This document shows, in pieces, positions 39,036 to 48,719 of a DNA stretch of 64,000 bases (positions are counted from its first letter, which is position 1; the number at the start of each line of letters is the position of its first letter). This stretch comes from Bacteriovoracia bacterium (GTDB taxonomy: Bacteria > Bdellovibrionota > UBA1018 > CAIPTA01): the NCBI GenBank assembly GCA_050246755.1, contig JBFWVL010000001.1, positions 1,152,001-1,216,000 of the forward strand, given 5' to 3'. A program made the position numbers and the translations under genes. The notes under the pieces were generated by a model. That model ran no database searches and was not told the origin of the DNA. It saw only the letters and a program-made list of their open reading frames with translations.

Positions 39036-40480
39036 GGGCGCACCTCTAGATGATCGCGGAAAAATTTATTCAAGAAATTTTCGGCGATCAAACGCCTGAA
39101 TGCGAAGCTCCCGCGCAGGTCGCTGATTGGGCTTATTTCTTCCTGCAATATGGCCACCGCGGACTCGCGGCGTGCGCCATCCAGAGTTCCCGCCAATAAA
39201 TGCGCTTCCGTTTTCGGCAAGCGCACGGGAGTGGCGGCCACGCCCCCCAGCGCCAGCCGCACTTCTTTAGCGCGAGTACGCGCTTTGTCTTTCCAAAGCA
39301 CGTGAAAGGCGGCGTTCACGCAGGAAATATCCAGGTCTTTTCTCTGCGATACTTTATAAAGCGCGAAGCTTGAGGTTTTTTCGGGAATGAGAAAATCCAC
39401 CCCCACCAGGCATTCACCGGGCTTGAGAGCCGTCTTTCTGTAGCCAAGGTAAAAATCCTTCAAAGGAAGGCTTCGCTTTCCGGAGGCACCCGCGATTTGC
39501 ACGTTCGCATCCACCGCCAGTAAAAATGGTGGCGTGTCGGCGATAGGAGAGGCATTCCCGATATTACCAATTAAAGTGGCCACGTTCTTAATCTGAGGCG
39601 AGGCGAACAAATCCAGAAAACGGGCAAACTCGGGAATCTTATCTTTCAGTGCGGATCGCAGTTCGGTAAGCGTCACACGGGCGCCAACCTGAAAACGCCT
39701 ACCTATTTTCTTGGTTGCATATAACTCCTCCAGCAAATGAAGGCTGAGTATTTTTTGCAGGCGAATTTTTCGCTTGTTACTCTGCACGCCCAAATCGGTA
39801 GCCGCCGCCACAATTTTGGCATCGCGATGCTTGCGTAGGTATGCGGTAGCCTCCTTGAGAGTGGCCGGCGCAAAAAAAGAAAAATCTTCTCCGGAAAAGC
39901 ACAAGCTTTCACGCAGCGCCGACTTCAGTTCACGCTCCTGGGTGGAAGAAAAAAATCTTTTCTTTAGAGAAACGGAAGACTCCAGGTCTATAGCCTGGGC
40001 CGCTTCGATGATGGGCTGGTAGCCGGTGCAGCGGCATAGATTTCCGGTAAGAGCATTCTTGGCTTCTTGCCCGCTAATTTGGCCCGCCTGCTGGCATAGC
40101 TTTTTTTCCACCAGTCCGGTTAGCGCCACCACGAAACCCGGTGTGCAAAACCCGCACTGACTTCCGTGACAATCTCTCATGGCCGATTGCACCGGCGAGA
40201 GATTCTTTCCCTCGGCCAGCACATCCACGGTCACTAAGCTGGAGCCGTCCATTTGGGCCACGGTACAAATACAGGCATTTACGGGGTAGAAATTTTTATC
40301 CTTAGAAAAGGGAAAATACCGGAGCACGCTGCAGGCCCCGCAATCGCCTTCAGCGCAAACGATCTTCGTTCCCGTTAAAGATTTTTCGTAGCGGAGATAG
40401 TCGGCCAGCATCATTCCGGCACTAGCGCCGCTGACTTCCTGTCTCTTTCCATTTAGGTAAAAAACCACTGCACTACGCAT
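39032..40480 (-). CDS. xdhA: Xanthine dehydrogenase small subunit (2Fe-2S plus FAD)
   Basis: 'CAEGDCGAC', 'SQCGFCTPG', 'GNLCRCTGY', 'GNASPIADT'; start placed at 40480. Confidence 0.95.
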   Translation of the reverse strand: MRSAVVFYLNGKRQEVSGASAGMMLADYLRYEKSLTGTKIVCAEGDCGACSVLRYFPFSKDKNFYPVNACICTVAQMDGSSLVTVDVLAEGKNLSPVQSAMRDCHGSQCGFCTPGFVVALTGLVEKKLCQQAGQISGQEAKNALTGNLCRCTGYQPIIEAAQAIDLESSVSLKKRFFSSTQERELKSALRESLCFSGEDFSFFAPATLKEATAYLRKHRDAKIVAAATDLGVQSNKRKIRLQKILSLHLLEELYATKKIGRRFQVGARVTLTELRSALKDKIPEFARFLDLFASPQIKNVATLIGNIGNASPIADTPPFLLAVDANVQIAGASGKRSLPLKDFYLGYRKTALKPGECLVGVDFLIPEKTSSFALYKVSQRKDLDISCVNAAFHVLWKDKARTRAKEVRLALGGVAATPVRLPKTEAHLLAGTLDGARRESAVAILQEEISPISDLRGSFAFRRLIAENFLNKFFRDHLEVRP

Positions 40481-40543
40481 AGCAAGAAGCTTCAGTGAGC
40501 CGCCTCTAGCTGTCAAGCGGCGCGCATTTGATGCAACGCTCCG

Positions 40544-40912
40544 CTAGTGCGGACAATACTTATGCACCACCTCTAAGAGGGTTTTTAGATTAATCGGCTT
40601 CTGCACCAGAGCACTCGCAATCAGTGGCTTCGCTTTATCGGGGAAAGCGGTAACCAATACTACTGGGATCATATGAAGAGCCGGGTCAGACTCTATCGCC
40701 TTCACGAAAGCCTCTCCGTCCATCACCGGCATCACTAAATCCAGCAAAATAAGGCAGGGCGCCTTTATTCTTCTCAAGATTTCAATCCCTTGCTGGCCGT
40801 TCGCAGCAGAGAAAACGAAAAAGCCATCAGCCTCCAGCTGTTGCCGCATCGAAACGCGAGTGTCGTGATCGTCCTCAATTACCAAAATAGTCTTTAGTTT
40901 AGATTCCTGCAT
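40544..40912 (-). CDS. Single-domain response regulator
   Basis: 'LVIEDD', 'LLDLVMPVMDG', 'QKP'. Confidence 0.9.
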   Translation of the reverse strand: MQESKLKTILVIEDDHDTRVSMRQQLEADGFFVFSAANGQQGIEILRRIKAPCLILLDLVMPVMDGEAFVKAIESDPALHMIPVVLVTAFPDKAKPLIASALVQKPINLKTLLEVVHKYCPH

Positions 40913-40929
40913 AATTGTCCTTGGTATCA

Positions 40930-42099
40930 CTAATTAACTGTCATCGTTTCCGCATTCTGCGGTAGTTCCACGATAAATTTAGCCCCTTCTCCTGGCTCAC
41001 TTTCCACATAAATTTTTCCCGAATGCCTTTTTACGATTTCACTGGACACATAAAGTCCTAGTCCGAGACCCCCATAATTCTTCAAGGGTACCGCACGCTC
41101 AAAGCGCTCAAAAATTCTTTGGTGATTTTCCTTGGCGATTCCCATCCCCTCATCCCGTACGATGAGCTTTACCGCACCATCTTCAAGCATCGTGGATACT
41201 TCAATTCTCTTTCCCGCCGCATACTTAATAGAATTATTCAGGAGATTTAAAAAAACCTGCTCCAAGCGCACGCGGTCCCAGTTGCCGCGGATATTAGGCT
41301 CCAGCTGAAGCGAAAGCCGGCAGTCAGAAGCCGCGAGCTGATGGTGCAACTGCCCCACCCCATCGCGGATAATCTCCCCGAGATCCACTTCTTCAAGACG
41401 AAGATTAAGCTGGCCTTCGTCTATCTGGGCCACATTAAGCAGTTGCTCGATAAGCCGCGCCAGCTTAGAAACCTGCACATCAGAGATTTCCAGCATATAG
41501 CGTAGCGTCTCAATTGGGGTTTCGAGCAGCTTGCCCGTATCGATCATTCGAATAAAACCCTGCATCTGTAGCTGAAGCGGGGTGATGGGGGTCTTAAATT
41601 CGTGGGAAGCGATGGATAAAAACTCGTCCCGCACCTGAACCGCCTTCTTGAGCGCCCGCTCGGCCTTACGCAAATGACAAATATCAATCTTAGCCTTGTA
41701 AAGATCCACGAAGGCCGAAACCTTGGCCCTCAGTACTTCCACGTTCAGCGGCTTAAATAAATAGTCGATCGCGCCCGCCTCATACCCTTGCAGCGCATGC
41801 TCTTCGCTCGGATAACTGGCAGTGATAAAAATAATCGGCGTACTTTTTGCCCGGTCTATTTGCCGGATCAAACGAGCCGTTTGAAAACCGTCCAGAATTG
41901 GCATCTGCACGTCGAGCAAAATCATGGCGAAATCTTCATCTCGCGCGTAGTTAATCGCCTCTCGACCGGACTTGGCATCCACCAGCACGTAGCCCGAATC
42001 CTTGAAAATCGAATGCAGGGCAATAAGGTTCGCTGCTTGATCGTCCACGCATAGAATCTTGATAGCTTCCGCCGCGGGAATATCCGCTTTCGGTTTCAA
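40930..42099 (-). CDS. Hybrid sensor kinase (REC-HisKA-HATPase)
   Basis: REC 'CVDD...LDVQMP...KP'; H-box 'ASHEFKTP'; 'NSIKY', 'DEGMGI', 'GLGLGL'. Confidence 0.93.
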   Translation of the reverse strand: MKPKADIPAAEAIKILCVDDQAANLIALHSIFKDSGYVLVDAKSGREAINYARDEDFAMILLDVQMPILDGFQTARLIRQIDRAKSTPIIFITASYPSEEHALQGYEAGAIDYLFKPLNVEVLRAKVSAFVDLYKAKIDICHLRKAERALKKAVQVRDEFLSIASHEFKTPITPLQLQMQGFIRMIDTGKLLETPIETLRYMLEISDVQVSKLARLIEQLLNVAQIDEGQLNLRLEEVDLGEIIRDGVGQLHHQLAASDCRLSLQLEPNIRGNWDRVRLEQVFLNLLNNSIKYAAGKRIEVSTMLEDGAVKLIVRDEGMGIAKENHQRIFERFERAVPLKNYGGLGLGLYVSSEIVKRHSGKIYVESEPGEGAKFIVELPQNAETMTVN

Positions 42100-42449
42100 G
42101 CGCAGTGCCTCTTAACGGTATTCAGGAGAGTATTGAGCTGCACCGGCTTTTGCACGAAGGCATTAGGCCGGGGTACCTCGGAACCTTGATGGGCCGACAT
42201 TACCACCACGGGAATATTTGCGGCCTCGGCATCGGCTTTTAGGCGATCTAGAAAATCCCAACCGTTCATCTTGGGCATCGTCATGTCGAGCAATATCAAG
42301 CAAAGCGAACTGGTGCCGCGGAGAACTTCAAGGCCCTCTTTGCCGTTCGTGGCCGTGAGCACGGTATAGCCCTCGAGCTCAAGCAAACAGCGAATCATCT
42401 CGCGAATGGAATTCTCATCCTCCACGAGTAGAATTTTCTTCTTCGTCAT
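42096..42449 (-). CDS. Single-domain response regulator
   Basis: 'LLVEDE', 'LLDMTMPKMNG', 'QKP'. Confidence 0.9.
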   Translation of the reverse strand: MTKKKILLVEDENSIREMIRCLLELEGYTVLTATNGKEGLEVLRGTSSLCLILLDMTMPKMNGWDFLDRLKADAEAANIPVVVMSAHQGSEVPRPNAFVQKPVQLNTLLNTVKRHCA

Positions 42450-42544
42450 GTAATTAGCACCAGATTTATTTTATTAGTTTAGGATAAGCGGTCAAGTGGC
42501 CGCTCGGTGACTAAACTAAGCTGGTGCGGCAAATTTGCTGGCTC

Positions 42545-43186
42545 CTAGCTAAGTACCAATAACCACTGCTCAGGATCATGCAGGAGATAAGAAGAAGCCA
42601 AGCGCTTCTCCACGATGTTCATTAAAAGACTTCTCGACAGGTGAGACCAATCCTCACCGGGGAAGCCATGATTTTTTAGTCCCGGCCCGACCTCCGGAAT
42701 ATTCTTCATATCATCAACTAATATGATTGCCGGCCCTCGGCATTTCCCAGCAATTTCACTTAGCTCAGCAGCCAGCGGGCACTGCTCTGGCCCGCTAGGC
42801 AAGAGCGCGCTCTTGGAACGATGAGCCGTGTCCACCCCGTATCCCTTCCAGATGGAATCTCTCCAGTCTACGGAACTGTCACCACTCCAGTGCGCATCGA
42901 GGAAAAAAAATGTTGTTTGATTCTCAGGCAATTGGGGTAGTAAATTCGCCAAAGTTTCCGCCGAATCACCACAGCGCAGCTCTACGTGCGAGAATTCCGG
43001 TCCGCTTAAGCGCGCCTTGGCGGACAAGAAAAGCTTTTCACTAAGCTCAATCGTAATAACCCGGGAAAATTCCTTCGCCAAAACGCGGGTCCCATTGCCG
43101 CGACAGGTTCCGCTTTCGATCGCCATGCTGCCGAGAACACCATCGCGTACCAGCGGCTTCAGGCGCTCGAGATTAAGGCTCCACAT
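42545..43186 (-). CDS. Methyltransferase-fold hypothetical protein
   Basis: 'IESGTCRGNGT', 'ITIELS', 'GDSAE', 'FFLDAHWSG', 'ILVDD'. Confidence 0.65.
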   Translation of the reverse strand: MWSLNLERLKPLVRDGVLGSMAIESGTCRGNGTRVLAKEFSRVITIELSEKLFLSAKARLSGPEFSHVELRCGDSAETLANLLPQLPENQTTFFFLDAHWSGDSSVDWRDSIWKGYGVDTAHRSKSALLPSGPEQCPLAAELSEIAGKCRGPAIILVDDMKNIPEVGPGLKNHGFPGEDWSHLSRSLLMNIVEKRLASSYLLHDPEQWLLVLS

Positions 43187-43835
43187 TCTTACCCATAGAG
43201 CCAGAAACATCTTCGGGCTCGCCCGCGCATTCCTTAGGCCGGTAATTTTTTTTTCGTTTCACGTATTCCCGCACGGCACTTTCCACAGCGCTGCCTGGGC
43301 AAGAGGTATTGGCAAAGTCTTTATGAACGCCAATCGAGTTCGCGCCTATTTGGTACCTATCCTGAAGGCGCTCCATAAGCGTGAATAGCTTTGCTCTCTG
43401 GGCTTCCGAAAGATCATCGGTATCGTCTCCCTCTACGACCACCGTAATATGCCCATCCGGAATATAACGCGTATTCGTATCGGGCTGAAATTGCGGATCC
43501 CGGGTTTCGGCCAAAATTCCGTCCATATCGATATAATAGTGGTAGGGAATATCTCCCCAGAGGGCGTTTTTAAACTCTGTTTTTTCTTGGGTGGAAAACC
43601 GGAATAGGGAATTGAGTTTTTTCGATATGGTCTGCTTAGGGTTTTTCTTTACGCCGGTATAATGAATAGTGACACGCCGCTTGGCCGATTCTGTGTGCAG
43701 CTTAAGACGATCAAGAATGGGCGTGGTCGCGCCCGTTCTCCAGTCTAAGCCCTTAAGATCAATCACCTCCGAAACGCAATCGGCCATCGCGGTAGCGGCG
43801 GAAAAAAGAAGAAGAACAAAAAAAATCTTCGTCAT
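43173..43835 (-). CDS. N-acetylmuramoyl-L-alanine amidase (Amidase_2/PGRP-like), secreted
   Basis: Signal peptide; Zn ligands in 'TIHYT' and 'GVHKDFANTSCPG'; conserved 'DIPYHYYID'. Confidence 0.85.
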   Translation of the reverse strand: MTKIFFVLLLFSAATAMADCVSEVIDLKGLDWRTGATTPILDRLKLHTESAKRRVTIHYTGVKKNPKQTISKKLNSLFRFSTQEKTEFKNALWGDIPYHYYIDMDGILAETRDPQFQPDTNTRYIPDGHITVVVEGDDTDDLSEAQRAKLFTLMERLQDRYQIGANSIGVHKDFANTSCPGSAVESAVREYVKRKKNYRPKECAGEPEDVSGSMGKNVEP

Positions 43836-43944
43836 GAATTTAGGCTACCATGCGTCGGCCCCCGGCGCATTCTGCACGCGGAAAAAGGTAAACCGCTAGC
43901 TTTTATAACGAAAATCACTCCGCTTTCTCCTATACTGACTCAAG

Positions 43945-44886
43945 ATGCCCTTTCTTCTCTGCCTTCTTTTTGCCTTCGTGCTTCCGCTGGGCGCTTACGC
44001 GACCTTCGTGCCAATTCTCGAAAATTCCGAAGAAGCCTCCTTGCTGAATCCGCGATCTCCGGAGGAAATAGAAAAATTAGTGGTGGCCGCGAGCGATAAA
44101 CTGAAAGGGCGGCCTTACGTGAGCGGAAATTTAGGCGAAGGCCCAGACGGGACCTATGACCAAGATCCCCTCTACCGCCTCGACGTATTCGACTGCACCA
44201 CATTTGTAGAAACCGTCGTGACCAATGCCTACTGCAACGGCGCGCGGTCGTCCGCCGAAGAGATGTCGACCTGCCTAGAAACAGTAATGCAGAAGATCCG
44301 CTATTTCGACGATACGATCACTTTCGAATCTCGCGGGCATATCGCAGAAACCGATTGGTTGACGAGCAATATTAGAAGAGGATTTTTTCGCGACGTCACC
44401 CAACAATTTGGCGGCAGCAAAACAAAATATTCCCACGTTATTACCGATAAACGCGGCTGGTTCGAAAACCGCACGCTGGCCGATATTCAAACCAAAGACA
44501 GTGAAGCCACGAAAGAGACAAAACTCGCATCGCTCCGCCAGGCCGGAAAAAATATCTCTCCCGTTCAGGTGAGCGTTCCTTACTTGGGTTTCGATAGCCT
44601 CTTTCTCTCCAGCTCCCACGAGCCTAATCTCGAGTTGCTAAAACGCCTACCGAACGGAGCCGTATTCAACGTGGTGAGGGAAAACTGGAATCCACCCGGT
44701 TCGGGAACCGCCCTCGCCATATCTCATCAGGGTTTTATCGTGCAGAAATCCGATGGCACTTACCTACGCCATGCCTCCACCGGAAAATCCATTCTCGACG
44801 TAAAACTCGCGGACTATATGCTGCAGTTCATTCATAGCCCCACGATTCGCGGGCTCAATATTCTGCAAGTACAGCCCAAACCGTAA
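43945..44886 (+). CDS. DUF1460 (NlpC/P60-fold AmiA-like amidase), secreted
   Basis: 'GRPYVSGNLGEG...DQDPLYRLDVFDCTTFVETV', 'ISHQGF', 'LRHAS'. Confidence 0.88.
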   Translation: MPFLLCLLFAFVLPLGAYATFVPILENSEEASLLNPRSPEEIEKLVVAASDKLKGRPYVSGNLGEGPDGTYDQDPLYRLDVFDCTTFVETVVTNAYCNGARSSAEEMSTCLETVMQKIRYFDDTITFESRGHIAETDWLTSNIRRGFFRDVTQQFGGSKTKYSHVITDKRGWFENRTLADIQTKDSEATKETKLASLRQAGKNISPVQVSVPYLGFDSLFLSSSHEPNLELLKRLPNGAVFNVVRENWNPPGSGTALAISHQGFIVQKSDGTYLRHASTGKSILDVKLADYMLQFIHSPTIRGLNILQVQPKP

Positions 44887-45014
44887 GGCACTGGAATTTT
44901 GTCCGGCAATCGAGCCTGATTTAATCTAAATTCGGCCACCGGCTATAAATTCCAGCTCCAATTCACTTCGTTGCCTTGATTGCCATTCTCCTCTTTTTTG
45001 CAAGCCATCTAGTC

Positions 45015-45275
45015 ATGAAGAAAAGTGAAATAGAAATAGACGATGAATGGGATGGAATGAACCCTGAGCAAAAAGAGACGATTCTGCTGGCGGAAATGTT
45101 TCATTCCGCGCTCTGTGAGCTGAGTGAACTCAACCGTGAAATGCCGACTGATCGGGAAATTTTTGACCACTTATTTAAAGGTAACCGCCAATATAAAGAA
45201 GTTAGACGCCTTGAAGAGCGCCTGAAGGACGTAATATTAGCCGAACGACTGCACTTACTAGGAATTTTGCAGTAA
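45015..45275 (+). CDS. Hypothetical protein
   Basis: 86-aa charged ORF filling the intergenic gap; no recognisable motif. Confidence 0.5.
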   Translation: MKKSEIEIDDEWDGMNPEQKETILLAEMFHSALCELSELNREMPTDREIFDHLFKGNRQYKEVRRLEERLKDVILAERLHLLGILQ

Positions 45276-45297
45276 AGCCAAAAAGAGGCTCGTCATA

Positions 45298-46836
45298 TCA
45301 CTGCATTTCGACCTGATTGATCTTCAAGAGACCAAGGGCATCGATTTTGAGTCCTTTAACGGAAGGGGAAAGCAGAATATTCGTGGCATCAATAAACAGA
45401 GGAACGATCGCCACGTCTTCTTCCGTCAATAATTTCTGCGCTTTATCATATAGCTTCACTCTTTGCGCCGCGGATGCCTCTCCGGCCGCTTTTTCGACGA
45501 TCGAATCGAATACGGAGTTCTTCCACTGCGTATAATTATTCCCGCTATAAGAAGTGAACATATTCATGAAATTATCTGGATCAGGATAGTCCGCCCCCCA
45601 ACCATGACGAAACATTCCCGGCGCATCGGTACGCAAACGCCCGAGGTACACTTTCCATTCTTCGTTCTGTGCTTTGAGTTTCACACCCAAAACCGCCTGC
45701 CACTGCGCCTGCAATCGCTCCGCGATCGCTTTATTGTCGTCGCGCGTATCAAACATAAACGTCGTATCGGGAAACCCCTTACCATTGGGGTATCCCGCTT
45801 CCGCTAGCAGCGCTTTCGCTTTTTTTGGATCAAATCCCAGACCGATTTTGGCATTGAAGCCCAACATCCCCTTGGGAATCCAGCTAGACGAAGGCGTTTG
45901 CCCCCCCTTGAGCAGCGAAGTAACCTCTTCACGGTTGATCGCATGAGCAAAAGCCTTCCGCACCCGCACGTCGTTAAACGGTGGCTTCGCAATATTGAAA
46001 CCATAGTAGTAGGTTCGAAGGTAGGGAAACGTATGAAAAGTGGGTAGGCGCTTCAAACGATCTATCTCCAAAGCCGGAAGGCGCGCCAAGTAATTGAGCT
46101 GACCCGTCTCAAACATATTAATTGCCGTAGTATCTTCCTTCACTACAAAGGCCGTCACTTTTTCCAATTTAGGCTTTGGCCCACGATAATTCGGGTTAGG
46201 AACCATTTCGATTTTTGAATCATGCTTCCATTGGCTTAATTTAAAGGGCCCCGTCACCACCATATTCTGCGGCTCCGTCCATTGGCGTCCGGCTTTTTCA
46301 ATAACGTCTTTACGAATAGGAAAGGTGACGGTGAAGGCGGGAATCGTAGCAAAATAGGTGGCCCGCTTTACGAGCGTTACGACGAAGGTGGAATCGTTCA
46401 CCACCTTGAATCCAAGCTTTTTCGGATCGGTGAGCTTTCCCGCGTTGTATTCTTTTGCGCCCACCACATCGAAAAGAAAATAAGCATAACCCGAGGCACT
46501 TTTGGGATTTAAGGTTCTCTCCCAAGAATCCCAAAAATGTTGCGCCGTAAGGGGCACTCCGTCGCTCCATTTCAACCCGGGCTTCAAGGTATAGGTATAG
46601 GTTTTTCCGTCTTTGGAAATTTTCCAGGTGGCGAGGCTCGGAACGGGCTCAAGCTTTTCATTGTATTCCGCAAGGCCTTCGATGAGATGATAGAGAATTC
46701 CGATAGACACGAAGTCCGTAGCCAGATTCCAGTCCAAGGTGGGCGGTTCCGTCTCCACGCGTAGACTGAATTCTTGCTTTGCCGCCTGAACGGGCAACAC
46801 AAAAACGAAGGCGAGTGTTAAAAGTAAATATTTCAT
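45298..46836 (-). CDS. oppA: Oligopeptide ABC transporter substrate-binding protein
   Basis: SBP family 5 motifs 'EPPTLD', 'ISKDGKTYTYTLKPGLKWSDG', 'TGPFKL', 'GWGADYPDPDNF'. Confidence 0.92.
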   Translation of the reverse strand: MKYLLLTLAFVFVLPVQAAKQEFSLRVETEPPTLDWNLATDFVSIGILYHLIEGLAEYNEKLEPVPSLATWKISKDGKTYTYTLKPGLKWSDGVPLTAQHFWDSWERTLNPKSASGYAYFLFDVVGAKEYNAGKLTDPKKLGFKVVNDSTFVVTLVKRATYFATIPAFTVTFPIRKDVIEKAGRQWTEPQNMVVTGPFKLSQWKHDSKIEMVPNPNYRGPKPKLEKVTAFVVKEDTTAINMFETGQLNYLARLPALEIDRLKRLPTFHTFPYLRTYYYGFNIAKPPFNDVRVRKAFAHAINREEVTSLLKGGQTPSSSWIPKGMLGFNAKIGLGFDPKKAKALLAEAGYPNGKGFPDTTFMFDTRDDNKAIAERLQAQWQAVLGVKLKAQNEEWKVYLGRLRTDAPGMFRHGWGADYPDPDNFMNMFTSYSGNNYTQWKNSVFDSIVEKAAGEASAAQRVKLYDKAQKLLTEEDVAIVPLFIDATNILLSPSVKGLKIDALGLLKINQVEMQ

Positions 46837-47294
46837 AAGAAATCTCTCTTGAATGGTGGACTCACTTAGGCGAGTTTTGAGCCGGCGTTCCCCATTAACA
46901 TAGCGCAATTTCTAGGAAAAAATTAGCTGGCGGGAAAAAATTGCACTCCGCCCTTGGTTATGGCCCGCCCGCACACCCAAAGCGGTCGTCCCCATCGGAC
47001 GGAAATACTTTTGAACATTCGAGCAATGATAGGCGACCGGAGGCCGATTTTTTCTCCAGATGTTTTAGAAAAATTCATCGACTACTCTTCCATAGCGAAA
47101 AATGGTGATGAAAGCCGGCTTGCGGTCAAATGCCGCCATTGTCCTTTTCCTCGACTAATCATGTAAACATTTCTCAACGCTCTCTTGTCGAAATAAATAT
47201 ATTAATAAATATATTTCATGATTAGATTAGTAAAAAATACCAGCCGTCAAACTTGCGATTGGCACAGCTATTTTTTGGCATTGGAGCGGGGGTT

Positions 47295-48719
47295 ATGAAA
47301 CCAAAGGAAAAGTTCGCTCTCGGCACAGAACAGGCCTTCCGCGTTTTTTTGGACGCCGCCCCAGACGCCATCGTAGTAGTAGACGATGGTGGCCATATAG
47401 TGATGGCTAATAAATTGGCGGAAGTGATGTTCGCTTACTCTAAGGAAGATCTGCTAGGCCAACGGGTAGAGATGCTTCTTCCAGAGAAATCGCGCACCGT
47501 TCATATTAGCCATAGGACTGGTTATTTTCGTGACCCTAAAGTTCGTCCCATGGGAGAGGGGAGGGAACTCTCGGGGCGACGAAGAGATGGAACCGAGTTT
47601 CCTATCGAAATTTCTCTAAGTCCACTCCATACGGAGCAGGGCATTCTAGCTATCAGCATTATCCGCGATATCGCCCAGAGAAAGCAGCTGGAGGCTAAAT
47701 TTCGCGGCCTCTTAGAATCCGCTCCAGATGGCATTGTGGTGGTGAATACTTCTGGTCACATTGTCATCGTCAATAGCCAAGTGGAAAAACTTTTTGGCTA
47801 TGCAAGGGATGAGCTTGTTGGTCAACCCATCGAGATCCTAGTGCCCTCACAATTTAAAGATGGGCACATTAAGCTCCGAGATGGCTACATTCGTCACCCC
47901 AAAACCCGGCCCATGGGGGCTGGACGCGCACTTACAGGCCGAAAAAAAGATGGAACAGAATTTCCGGTGGAGATTTCCCTGAGCCCCCTAGAAACGGAGC
48001 AGGGAACTCTTGTCACAAGTATCGTCCGCGACATTACCGATCGAAGGCACGCAGAGGAACAGCTACAAGCCTCCTTACGAGAAAAGGAGGCCCTTCTTAA
48101 AGAAATCCACCATCGGGTAAAAAATAATCTCCAAGTAACTTCGAGCCTCCTTCGGCTTCAGTCCGATTACATCCAAGATCCAGGTGCACGCGAGATGTTC
48201 GCGGAAAGCCAAAACCGCATTCGCTCGATGGCTTTGGTGCATGAAAAGCTATATAGATCGAGCGATTTATCGCGGATTAATTTCTCCGAATACGTCGACA
48301 GCCTTGCCGGACTTCTCTTTCGTTCGTTTGGGGTAAATCCAAGCCAAATTCAATTCCAACTTACGCAAAGCTCTATTTTTCTCAGCGTAGAAACAGCCGT
48401 CCCTTGCGGTCTGATTATCAACGAGCTTCTTTCCAATTGCTTCAAGCACGCTTTTAAGAAAGGGCAACAAGGCGAGATCCGCGTAGAAACCAGCCTGGAG
48501 GGCGAGCACAAAGTGAAGTTTACGGTATCTGATAATGGGGTTGGATTGCCCAGTGGTTTTGATTTCGAAAAAATGGACACCCTCGGGCTACAGCTCGTGC
48601 GCACCCTGGTGAAGCAGCTCGATGGAGCCATCGAAATTCACGGTGACAAAGGTGCGGCCTTTACGGTGATTTTTTCTAAGGAAAGAGAACATGACGATGC
48701 AAGAAAGCAATCTAATTAA
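47295..48719 (+). CDS. PAS-PAS sensor histidine kinase (HisKA_2 family)
   Basis: Two heme-PAS-like repeats ('APDAIVVV...H...G...RPMG.GR.L.GR..DGTEFP.EISLSP'); 'EIHHRVKNNLQ'. Confidence 0.92.
   Translation: MKPKEKFALGTEQAFRVFLDAAPDAIVVVDDGGHIVMANKLAEVMFAYSKEDLLGQRVEMLLPEKSRTVHISHRTGYFRDPKVRPMGEGRELSGRRRDGTEFPIEISLSPLHTEQGILAISIIRDIAQRKQLEAKFRGLLESAPDGIVVVNTSGHIVIVNSQVEKLFGYARDELVGQPIEILVPSQFKDGHIKLRDGYIRHPKTRPMGAGRALTGRKKDGTEFPVEISLSPLETEQGTLVTSIVRDITDRRHAEEQLQASLREKEALLKEIHHRVKNNLQVTSSLLRLQSDYIQDPGAREMFAESQNRIRSMALVHEKLYRSSDLSRINFSEYVDSLAGLLFRSFGVNPSQIQFQLTQSSIFLSVETAVPCGLIINELLSNCFKHAFKKGQQGEIRVETSLEGEHKVKFTVSDNGVGLPSGFDFEKMDTLGLQLVRTLVKQLDGAIEIHGDKGAAFTVIFSKEREHDDARKQSN

Noticed and set aside
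47260-47275. TGGCAC hexamer upstream of the PAS kinase as a sigma54 promoter
   Set aside because: The -12 position reads TTTT rather than TTGC.
47350-48040. Internal nucleotide similarity suggesting a tandem duplication
   Set aside because: Explained by two homologous PAS domains within one kinase.
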